From Calcarisporiella thermophila CBS 279.70 (taxonomy: Eukaryota > Fungi > Calcarisporiellomycota), in the NCBI RefSeq assembly GCF_041956535.1, contig NW_027192195.1, forward strand, positions 1,186,653-1,250,652: DNA of 64,000 nucleotides, in the 5' to 3' direction. A model generated the notes under the pieces. The model saw nothing but the letters and a program-made list of their open reading frames with translations. It did not search any database and was not told the origin of the DNA. The position numbers and the translations under genes are program-made. Below are positions 11,501 to 22,541 of the stretch, piece after piece. Position 1 is the first letter of the stretch; every line of letters starts with the position of its first letter.

Positions 11501-12969
11501 GTGCCTTGGGAGAAGAGTCGATATCAGGCACACGATCGATCGTTTTGAAAATCTTGTAGGCAGCCACTTGAGCTTCGACCAAGGCCTTATAGTTAGTGGG
11601 GATTTGCCTACGAGGATGAGGAAAAAAATCAGATCCTTTACTTAATAAACTACCGGTAGGCTGGAATTACCCGACAGAAAAGGCACCCACAATGATGGCA
11701 AAAAATGCTTGAACAACGGCCGCGCCATCCATTATTTGGTTGGATACGAGGTATGCGCCATACCAGAAGCCAAGGCCATAAGCGGAGAAGAGCACAAGAA
11801 GAAATATTCCCAGCGAGAGACCTAAATTGAGGGAGAGGGAGGTAATTAGTATGAGAGCACTTGCCTTCGGCGGACGGATAAGTATAAAAAAGAAGAAAGA
11901 AGGAAGGAACCATCCTACCTGTACCAAAAGCCTTCTTCACACCTGCTCTGTAGGCAATGTCAATCTTTTCTTCAAATTGCTGGATGAATCGGGATTGCAA
12001 TGAGAAAGCGGCCACCGTCCGAATGCCCGATATGGCCTGTTCCATAACTGCTCCAGCGCCTGCATAAGCATCCTGCCCCTCTTTGGTCCCCGTCGTAATG
12101 AGCACAGTCAACAGAAATCCTGTGAACCCCAAAAGGGGGACCACCGACAACACCACTAGCGTTAGGCGCCAGCTATTGACAAAGGCAATGACAAACCCGG
12201 AGACGAACATAGAGATATTTTGAATGACGAGCCCGACTTTATCGGAGAGGCCTTCTTGAATAAGAAAAGTATCTGCTGCAAGCCGCGAGGTAAGCGACTC
12301 GGGCTCATTAGTGTCAAACCAGCCTTGGTCTTGGCGCAGAATTGCGTGGAGATAAAGCTCGCGGACACGCTATTTAAGATAGCCCATAGGCTCTGGACTG
12401 GTTAAGAAGAGAGAGGACAGAGGAATTAGTTCGTTACCTTGGTTTGGTACTCGCCTGCCAATGTCCAGAAACACATGGAGCCGTACATTGATAGGGTCAG
12501 TCCAATACCAAACCACACGAACAATAGAACCCCGTCAATCAGGGATTTATAGGCCGCATCCAATGAAGTCATGTTCACAAGTGAGAAGCCGCTGACAATA
12601 CGACCGAACGAAATTCCCATAAGAGGTTGGGCGATGCCTGAGGCGATACTACAAATGATCCCGAGGCTAATTGAAAAGAGTACAGGTCAAATCAGAGAGG
12701 CAATGGGAATTTCATTTAGATTATCTCGCTGCTTACAATACGAGAAGAAGGTCGAGCCAGGATGCATAACGATACAACTGGAAATAGGAAATCTTCTTCG
12801 TCTTCTCTTTGACAGGGGTTGGGGCCGTGCGCTTCTCCTTTTTCTTCGCTAGCCGCCAGAAAGGCTTCTTCTCCTTCTCGTTCCGTTCCAATTCAACGCC
12901 CTCTGACGTTTCCATTGGCTCATCCTTGCTCACGGTAAGCGTAGTTTCTATTTTTTCAGCGTTGTTCAT
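8508..12969 (-). CDS. Full-length ABCB/MDR1-type ABC transporter (multi-exon)
   Basis: Two TMD-NBD halves; Walker A GASGSGKST and GPSGCGKST; LSGGQKQRIAIARAL and LLLDEATSALD each present twice. Confidence 0.95.
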
Positions 12970-13958
12970 TTCAAATTCCTGCCCTTCAAAAGTAAAAAAA
13001 AAAATTGAAATGAATGACACCGCCTTGCAGTTAGAGTGGGAAAGCATGCGTACCGATATCTTTGCGATGAACGATGAATAGCTAGAGTGGGGAGTACACA
13101 CAATTGAAACTTGCAATGATTGCAATGAAGTTGAATGGAGAAAAACAGGACAAAGAAATATAATGAGTATGGCTGCCGAGTCGCGCAAGTTTTATAAGTC
13201 GTACTTATCGATATATATCGATATATGAATGACAAGAAAGGAAATTGCATGAAAGAGCCCACTCTTTCCATGTCACCCTCCCAGCGCCACTTATTTTACT
13301 CGGCGGGGTTTACATGTCAAGTTTTCATTAAGGCCACTGGAGAAGAACGTGGGCCATAAAGGAAGGATTTAAGAAATCTTCAGAATCTATACATATCATA
13401 ATAAGGGTTGTGTTCAATGCAAACCGGCCTAAGGTTTGGATCCTACTCATTCCTCCTTGATTCCAATTCCAGATTCTGGTAAGCAAGAGTAGGATGACTC
13501 AAAGCTTGGGTCTCAAGAGCCGTGATTCTAAATAGAAAATTGCCCTTTTCCCCAGAAGTTTTTCCGAACTCACTATCGAGTTTGTGCATTTTGAACATAA
13601 TCGCGCTTTTTTCCTGATACAAAAGAAGCAACCTTTGTCAATTCCTTAGAATCGTAGTCAACCCCGAGAGCGAATAGCTAGTTCAAAGACTTCACCTATA
13701 TGACTTGTCCAGTGTCCGGTCACTATAGCGTTGGCCATGAAAATGTTGATCTCATTCGGATTCGCCCATCTCTATATTTCTGGTATTCGATGTAAGAAGT
13801 CCCTAGTCGGAAAGAGCCAGAATTTTCCAAGCTGTCACCGTTGGTTACTCATCTAAAATAGAGTCTAATTTCAGAAATTGGATGTATAAATCGTATCAGA
13901 GTGTCACCCATAAATACCTATTTCACTACTTCTTCCCAAGAAGATGAAAAAAAATCGA

Positions 13959-14030
13959 TGGACATTCTGGGAATTGAACCCAGGGCCTTCTGTATGCGAA
14001 ACAGACGTAATACCACTATACCAAACGCCC
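13959..14030 (-). tRNA. tRNA-Ala(CGC)
   Basis: Reverse complement is identical to 255-326 except for one compensatory T-stem pair (C-G to T-A), consistent with a functional gene. Confidence 0.95.
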
Positions 14031-14119
14031 TTGAAAGCGACGGTTTTGTTACGACGAGAATAGGGTAATGTGGAGCATAAGGTTGTGATGGCTTTTTTGG
14101 GATTCGATATCTTTCAAAG

Positions 14120-15125
14120 ATGCCCTGTTACAGGGTATACCACAGATTGAAGGACCATGTACGTTCCCGCTAGGTAAATGTGTGCTAGCTGGCACAAAGA
14201 TCAAGAACTTCCGTACAAAAATCGGGAGGCTCTACAAGACAAGCAAAGGAGAGAATATCACTCCGGAATGTAAAGAGACCTCAAGCGATTCCATCAATTG
14301 GGAGGTAGCTTGGATGTACTGAAAAAAGCGGCTGAGCGAACCCAAGCATAAGACACTAAGATGGAGACTCTTGAAACACAGATTGGTGACGAACATCATC
14401 ACTAGTAAGTGGACAGGAGAACCTAATATTTGCAAGCGATGCAGAACCAACGCAGTGGAAACCATTAGCCATGCTTACCTGGAATGCCTGGCCATAAATC
14501 GGTTATGGCAAACGGTAGACAACTTCGTATGCCGCATTCTTGGAGTGAGAACCCACGAGTCAACCAAGGAAGACAGACTATTTGGAACAGATTACAAAAC
14601 CATGGGCTACCAACGGGAAGTAGTGTCAACGGTCCATGATGCAGCAATTTGGATCATCTATCGATCAAGATTATCGATGATAATGGATAACGCACAACCA
14701 AGTGAAATAGCGCTCGCTGAACAACTAGGTCACGAAATGCAAAAAATCGTGAGATCCAAATGGTGGTCATCGTCCATAAAGGATAAGAAAGAAGATTTCC
14801 AAGAGCTTTGGTGTAAGGGAAGTTGGATACAAGTCCAAGGAGACGAAATATCCTTCAACCAAAACACTTAGCTCCAATACGACCCTGCCGAATACCCTAC
14901 CACCCGCATTCTAGTTTTTCTTTTTTTTCCATATTAGTCCATATTCTTTTCCTCTCTTGTATAATACCGTCCTTGAAAAATAGGATGGTATTCATACGAT
15001 CAACCACTACTTACATGTATTTCTCCTGACAATTTTTTTTTTTTGAGAGTATTTCTCCTGACAAGGCACTATACTAACTTAAAAGGATACTTTACAATAA
15101 AGATCCATAAATCCCAAAAAAAAAA
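14120..15125 (+). mobile_element. 5'-truncated L1/Tx1-like non-LTR retrotransposon with poly(A) tail and target-site duplication
   Basis: zf-RVT-type ORF2 C-terminus (PKHKTLRWRLLKHRLVTN...CKRC...ETISHAYLEC) with one upstream in-frame stop; AATAAA then A-tail; (A)TTCGATATCTTTCAAAG duplicated at 14102-14119 and 15126-15143. Confidence 0.88.
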
Positions 15126-15278
15126 ATTCGATATCTTTCAAAGGAAGTTGGATACATTATTTCATTGTAATCATTAAACTCTTGTAAGCTACGGAAACTA
15201 ATAAAAGTCTCTGTTGATTGATCAAAAAAAAACTGTCTTCTTAGTGTATATATATATTAAAAAAAAACACGACGCAAG

Positions 15279-16003
15279 TTCCCGCGTCCTTAGAGGAAAA
15301 AAAAATATTTCATCTTAGTTTATGAGAATTTTGCTGGGTTTTTCTCAGTACTCAACCGCTATCAATAGTATAATAATAAGCAAGTAATATCAAGCGGCTA
15401 CAAAAATAGTTAGCAAAATTACTTAGGAGAAATCCAACTACAAAAATGGGAGCCCAGGGGCAGTACCTGGATGATTTTGACGTAGAAGTCTACCCCTCCA
15501 TCCCTTCAGATAAATATCATCAAGTGGATGTAAAAAAATACACCCCAAGGGAGAAAAAAAAAGTCATCTCAGTTTATCTAAGCACGGAACTCTCTAAATT
15601 ATATCCCATGTTTTCTAGTACTTAATAAAATTTTTCGGAAGCATATCTCACATTTGTTATATATTAAATAAACCACAGGATGTAAATTCCCGCGTCCTTA
15701 GAGGGAAAAAAGTCATCTTAGTTTACAGAACGTTCCTCTACTTCCCGTAGGCGACACCCGTCCATGAGAGTTTGCCGGGTTTTTTCAGGACTCAACCGCT
15801 ATCAATAGTATAGCAATAAGCAAGTAATATCAAGCGACTACATAAGTAGGTGGCAAAAGTCCTTAGAAGAAATCCAACCACAAAAATGGGAGGCCAGGGG
15901 CAGTACCTGGATGACTTTGACATAAAAGTCTACTCTCCCATTCTCTTCAGATAAAAAATCATCAAGTGAATGTAAAAAATACATTCAAAGGGAGAAAAAA
16001 AAG
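15279..16003. repeat. Diverged direct duplication (~290-320 bp units, starts 408 bp apart)
   Basis: TTCCCGCGTCCTTAGAGG...CTCAACCGCTATCAATAGTATA...CCAGGGGCAGTACCTGGATGA...GGGAGAAAAAAA occurs starting at 15279 and at 15687. Confidence 0.9.
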
Positions 16004-16109
16004 GCGTCTTTTAAAGACGTTACATATATTGGCTATATTGAGGATTTCTTAGTTTTATTGAATATTGAGCTAATTTTTTTTTATTAACAGTCGTAGTTTT
16101 ATCTGAGGA

Positions 16110-17435
16110 CAATCGAGAGCTTAAGGATAGCAAGAGGATTGTCGAGATAGACCTTATTAGACTTATATCCGACACAACAGTGGTGGTTCTACTGAGAAAC
16201 TGTAAACTCCTATCGTCCCCGAATTCAGTTAATTCATTTTGATATATCGATACTTTTCGTTTTGTTGTTACTGTTGTTTCGTTTAATAACGCCCGAAAAT
16301 GACTATTAACAACGAAGGAAGATCATGGGTACGACCAAAATTCTTTCATGGTGACATGAACGAGGATCCAGTTGAATGGATCGAAGAACTGGATAATATC
16401 CGTCGAGTTAATCATTTGACTGATGAAACTCTCATCGATATAGCTGGATATTACTGCAGAGATAAGGCATCTACTTGGTATCGTACGAATGAAACCAAGT
16501 TTGCGATCTATGAGGATTTTGAGGGGTGCATCATGTCCAAATTTAGGAGAGGCGAATTGAGCGCTGGCGCCAGGAGTCAGATGGCCGTTGTCAGGAGCTA
16601 ATTTGGTGGAGAAGTTGGTACATTCGGTTAAAAAGCTGATCGATAGAGTTGGGGTTTCTGACGAGAGTGAAAAGATCAGATACCTGATAAGAGCGTTGAA
16701 GCCGATATATCAAACAAATTTCAGACGAGCGAAACCAGATATATCCGAGGTGATAGAACTTGTCCAAGTTGAGGAAAAGGCTTTCGAACAGGGTAAATTC
16801 GAAGCACCGCAGTCAAAAGGTTCAAGGAGAATAGCAAGCCAAGAGGCATTCGAGAAAGGCAACGCCAAGTGAAAGGAAGATATCTCAGCAGCACCCAATC
16901 GAGGACATATCAAGCAAGGAAACTTAGCGAAATCTCAATCTGTCGATGAAAAACTTGGTTGGTTGGTCCACGAATTTAGGAAGCTAAAAATCAACCTCTT
17001 GAATGGAAACAGACGACTACAATCAATGATCTGCTTTGCGTGCCAGAAAGAAGAACACATTAGGCGCAACTGTCTTTACAACATGGATGGGCAAGGCAGT
17101 ACTCAAGGCGAATCTGGGAGTCGGGATAAGAGTAGCGGCGTCTCAGGAGGGAGGTTCGGGCGCCCGCATAAGTTCAAATCCTCCAGTGGCCAGGGTGAAT
17201 TGCATGGAGACAACGGGAATTGGAAAGGAGATTGAAGCAGAAAGGAATAAAGAGGTGGATGGAGAAGAAGCAAGTGACAATGAGTATGATGAGGGAGTTT
17301 TTCAATACAGAAGAAAGGTTGGACGAAGAAGTAGCAGCATTAAGGTTGGCTAAACTGTTGTTGGTGGAGAAGCGGAAGTCGGTTGGGAGAGACCTACCGT
17401 CTCATTCGACTTGCCGACGGCACTCCAACTCCTGA
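16110..17435 (+). mobile_element. Ty3/gypsy-like LTR retrotransposon 5' relic (LTR end, PBS, disrupted gag)
   Basis: LTR-like end ...CACAACA; PBS TGGTGGTTCTACTGAG (16181-16196); gag-like FHGDMNEDPVEWI...A.TWY; decayed zinc knuckle CFACQKEEHIRRNC; frameshifted. Confidence 0.8.
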
Positions 17436-17439
17436 CGCC

Positions 17440-17900
17440 AACGCCCAATTCGCCTCTCTGTCCTAAATTTAGACAGGAAGCACTCCTGGAACTCTCCATA
17501 GGCGTTAAAATCTGGCTTCGTTCATGCGATACCCCGTAGATTCCTCATCTCTAGAGTAATACCCGGACATCTCGATGACAGTTTCTTCCATCCGACGATT
17601 TACTCTGCGGATATTAACCAGTTCATTGATGCATTCTACTGGGTCCTCGTTTATGTCACCGTAGAAGTACTCTGGGCGCACCCATCTTCTTCCTTCGTCG
17701 TTAACAGTCATTTTCAAGCGTAATTAAACGAAACAATAACAAAAATACAAAATAAATAATAACGGTATAACGAAATAAACAAACTTAATCCGGAGACGAT
17801 AGGTTACAGTTTCTCAGTGGAACCACCACTGTTGTGTCGAATATAAGGCTAATAAGGTCTATCCTGACGATCCTCTAGCTGCCCCTAAGCTATTGATCGT
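17440..17900 (-). mobile_element. Second, inverted Ty3/gypsy-like 5' relic of the same family
   Basis: Reverse complement aligns with ~16115-16575; PBS TGGTGGTTCCACTGAG at 17813-17828; gag start MTVNDEGRRWVRP. The LTR may extend to ~18343. Confidence 0.8.
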
Positions 17901-18629
17901 ACTTCCCTTAGGAGGGCTAATAAACGACACAAGGTGGTGGATAAGTATTCCGGTTCTATCTCCAAAACAAAATAACACACGTATACAAAAACGTCTCCCT
18001 TTTATACTAAATATAACGTATCACAAAAGTCAATAAAATATAGTAAGTATACCAATAAAATCATCCCAACAAATATATCAATCTAATATCATATAGAAAA
18101 ATAAGCCACCACACTCTCTGTACACCCCCCAATTCTTGCATAGATTTCTTGTTTACTGAAGACTAGCGATATCCGATATTAAGAACAAAAAAGGGTACTT
18201 TTTAATAAAGATCCTCCTAACAAACAAAGATTCGGGAAGTGAAATGACTTTTATAGTAGGGCGGTTCACCCGAAGACATCATATGTGTTGGGGACGACCG
18301 GGCGTGACCTAAGCCTGAAATTGTCTAGATAATCTTTGTGTAACGACGATTGATATCATATTTATACAAGCATGTATCTCACCATCATTATTACGCCTTA
18401 TCTCTTTTATCTCCTATCCTCTTCTATCATATATATAGGCTGTGCTCTATCTCTCTTGAGTTCTTTGGTGTGTTTGTGTTGTGTTATCCCTTCTGCCTGT
18501 CTTCTTTCCTTTTTATCAATATATTCTTAATAAAATCCAACAATATGACAGGAGATAAAGTTGCATAATACTCTATCATTGATTCTTTGTAGTTTCTTTT
18601 TGATCATTTGTTTTGAAAAAAAGCATTTT

Positions 18630-19503
18630 TAGGTGGTTCGATCCTGCTCCGAGGTTGGAGTTACCTCCAATAATTTGGGGAATGTCTGGACCTCCGTCCA
18701 CAAGTGATCCACCCTCCCAAAATACCTTGCGCTACGATGTTGAATTTACGTAGAGCGAGTTATTACTAACTCGACATATCCTGCTCACGACCCGAAGTGT
18801 AACCGCTGTAGCACTTCGAGGGACACATTCTGTCACACTTTTTCGAATGTCCCGAACTAACGCCAGCGTGGCAGTGGGAGGAAAGGTGTATCAACACCAT
18901 CGCAGACTCCCAGAATACTATGCTGACTGCTCATAATCCAATACTAGGAGGCTTATCTGATGCTCCTTGAAGTGTTATGCATGTGGCCCAAATGACTTTC
19001 GACTCATAATATAGAGTCGAAAGTCATTTGGGCCACATGGCAAATACATCGGGATCGTATTGCCTTCTATTATGAAAACATCAGGCCTTCATCCGAAACC
19101 ATCATCAACCGTGCACTGGATATTGAGGAGGCTATGGGAGCCGAGTAAATATGAGCACGAAGAAAATGACAAATTGAACAGTTTTGAAGCAAGTGGTGCA
19201 AATGGGGTGCGGTTAAAGAAGGGGCTATCCGAGCGGTACAGGTACTGGTATGAAGCAGCAGACTCTATTTCTACTCCTCCTAACCCCTCTTCCTCTTTCA
19301 CCCTTCACTACATTTCCTGATTTCCAGAGTTAGTTGGGTTTTACCACCCCACTTCCTATATCGTCATGTCCACCGTGCCACCCCGAACTCCTGAACCGCC
19401 TTAATTCTTAACTTTTCTTTCATTTTATTCCTTTCACTTGTGTAGCTATTGTGCTTTATTGGGGAGCTTCTCAAACAAAATAGACTCACTAATGATAAAA
19501 AAA
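18630..19503 (+). mobile_element. Degenerate L1-like non-LTR retrotransposon 3' fragment
   Basis: CNRCSTSRDTFCHTFFECP zf-RVT knuckle near 18800-18855, many stops, pyrimidine-rich 3' UTR and an A-run at ~19497-19503; no clear target-site duplication. Confidence 0.65.
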
Positions 19504-19569
19504 TACATGGATTCCGATAAGAAGAAACAATTCTGTAAAAACCAGATTATATCAGATTCTCTCCATCAA

Positions 19570-19682
19570 TTTGTTTAACTTTTCTTGTCGAGTTTACAAA
19601 AGGACCAAGAGCAATCGTTAAACTAATAAAGGAAATTCTTGTCTTGGTCCTTTTGTAAACTCGACAAGAAAAGTTAAACAAA
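19570..19682. repeat. Perfect 41-bp inverted repeat with 31-bp spacer
   Basis: 19570-19610 is the exact reverse complement of 19642-19682. Confidence 0.93.
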
Positions 19683-19699
19683 AATATAGAACGGCGAAA

Positions 19700-20149
19700 G
19701 GCTTTGACTGAATCCTACGGTTCGCATACACGGTATTGTAGGGAAATTACCTCTATCCTCAACGAGAATGGCTATGTACGAATTCAGCAGAGCATATTCG
19801 GCATCAGGGTGGATGCCTGCTTGCATAAGTAGTAATTCCTCTTAACGATATTCGTAATTTACAACGGATAAGTGGATAAACGAGCATATCAACTCCACGA
19901 ACAAATGGAGCAAAACCCATATACACTGCGTCCTGAATAGATACTAGAACGTTTAAAAGATGAGGCTCTCCGTTTGGAGCCTGGCCGTTTATCCATTGTA
20001 AATTACGAATATTGTTACCACTTGTGCAAGCAGACATCCACCCTGATGCCGATATGCTCTGCTGAATTCGTACAAAGCCATAATCGTTGAGTATAGAAGC
20101 AATTTCCCTATAATACCTTGTATGCGAGCCGTAGGATTCAGTTAAAGCC
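19700..20149. mobile_element. MITE-like element with ~135-bp imperfect terminal inverted repeats
   Basis: GGCTTTGACTGAATCCTACGG...GGCATCAGGGTGGATG is mirrored by CATCCACCCTGATGCC...CCGTAGGATTCAGTTAAAGCC; non-coding interior; no target-site duplication seen. Confidence 0.75.
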
Positions 20150-22438
20150 CTAGGTCATATTGGATTATCCAATGTCCAACACTAGCAAGATCTTCTCTAC
20201 ACAGCTTACATATTGTTATTTCTATGTATATGCAAAAAATGATACTAGTATGAAACCACGTTGAGCTTGAATCCTCACAGAATTTATCCTTGGTTTATAT
20301 ACGGCGAATACAATATTTATTATCATTAGATTAAAGCATGAGAACGAATGAATTTCTATCGCACACAAAGAGCATAAATCAAACTTAGAGATTATTCTAA
20401 ATTCGTGACCACAATGACTCAGGATGGGGTGTGAGTTATCCTGTCCAAACATTCAAGCGATATGCCTTTGTCTAAAGAGAGATTAGAGCGATAGTGGGTT
20501 GCTATGTAGCACTCTAATGGTCACAACGATTTGTTTAATGTTTTTAACAGCTTTGGGTTGTTATGAATTTTAATCAGTTTGGTTATAGTTATTTACGTCT
20601 CCTTTGTTTCCTATCTGACCTCAATTGGGTTTTTCATGAACCCACATCAATTAGATCAGGCTTTATTGCAGTTTATTGAGGACAATGTATAGGTTATGGG
20701 GGGCGTAGACCTTGTAGTTACTTGATTGATATCAATTACTACCTTGTTGTTTTATCTATCTCATCTTTGAACACCAATGAGAGTTATTCTCCTTTGTTCA
20801 CCATCCTATTTAAACTCTTTGGTTTATTTTAATGTTCCACACCAATTCCCTGAATTAGAATGATAAATATTTTATTTTTAGCGAGGTCCGGACACCCCTC
20901 CACACAAATCTCCTTTCACCCGTAACAATGCAGCACAAACATCCAAGGTAACAATAGACCAATGCTGGTATTTTCTTATGGATAGAGTGCCGCATCGCCG
21001 CCGCCCTTTAGCAGACGGGTAATAGGGGGTTCTCTCAGGCCTCAATGGCTATCAAAAGGGTAGTAAAATGCAATAATAGTAAGTAAACTCCATGTGGGAA
21101 AGGTCGGGAGAAGCGCCTTAATGGTCCTGATATTGAATTTGGCCCTTCCCATTTCCTTTGGATGTCATTTCAATTAGACTTTAAAATTCTTGCATCTCAA
21201 GCAGAAATAATAAAAACGCCTCGGCTTTTTTAAAGGCGAGACGGTTCGGTGATATGGGGGCTTCGGAGCCAGTTTGCTAGATAACGGGCTCAGCCTCCAT
21301 TGACGATGCGGCACAAGGGCATGAGAAGACTTCACGGCTCAAGTGGCCCCCACCATATTGCAATTGTCAAATTAAAATGGCCACCAACGGAGACCGCAAA
21401 TTGAAACCAAAATGGATCCAATATACGAGACACGATAAGGATCACATAGTTTCGTTCAACTTTCCATATTACTCAGGATTATTATAAAAACTGTAGAGTC
21501 GAAATTTAGTCTGAAGATCTCTCTAAAAGCAGACTATCAGGAGAAAAGGGCCGAGGCACGCGCTGTTTAGACTTCAAATGGGTAATCTACATTTGACTGA
21601 ATTCACACTGCCACATTTGTTATCCTCTGTTTGCTGTAATTTTATGGAGTTAAGGAGTCGGAGATTTCGGCTGTTCTAGTCCAACTTGGTTTAGAGGGAT
21701 TTTGAATGACGGAGATCAACAGATCCATCTAGAAAGTACTCTTATAAGAGATAAACAGCACACAAATCTAGCAATACTTTCCCCGTGCAGTCCGCCACAA
21801 GTGTGACGGATCGGCACCTCCCCCGATCATCCTAGCTTAATTCAATACAAACACGAACGATACTCCGCTAGAGAAACGAGAGGCGAGATGATAACATCAT
21901 CCAATATATATATTCCTGCGTCGAAAATTCATATGGACGTTATTGCCTCTCCAGTCCATTTTTTCTATACCATCTCAGTATGGTTCTAGAAGAGGTTAGA
22001 AAGAGTGGCCCTTGGATAAAGATCTATATGATGAAGTTAGGTAAACACTATGGTAATGGGTGGTCTTGTAGATGCTGGAAAAAGAGGGTAAGTCACTATT
22101 AGTAACCTTTTGATTTTGATTTTTTTTTTGGGGGGGGGGGGACGACTTTCTATAGCACGGCCAAGCTTGCCTATGGATGTCAAGGTTTTAACCAAACGAG
22201 GGTTACTTAATTGCGTTATTTTTTGTATACGTTTCTCATCTGTGGAGGGGTCCTCTTAAAATTGAGAGCATTCCATATCAACCGACACACTAGAAAAACA
22301 TTTTAGTATTTTCCCACATTAAATAGGAAAAACCACAAGGAGAGCTTGAAAAAAACAAAAATGTCCATCAAAGGGAAATGATAAAAAGTGGCAAAGTAGA
22401 GTAGAACAGATTAAAATATTCTCAAAAAGCTGATATAC

Positions 22439-22488
22439 AAAAGAAAAGAAAAGAAAAGAAAAGAGAAGAGAAGAGAAGAGGAGAAGAA
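22439..22488. repeat. (AAAAG)n/(AAGAG)n microsatellite in PPZ 3' UTR region
   Basis: Pentanucleotide tandem repeats visible directly. Confidence 0.85.
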
Positions 22489-22541
22489 ACAAGTGCTAAA
22501 CCAAACCAATTAAACGAATCAAAAGAGCAGGAAAACAATTG

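Noticed and set aside
20150-22150. Possible hidden gene or ncRNA in the distal part of the island
   Set aside because: Only short ORFs and small hairpins; no recognisable motif or splice pattern.
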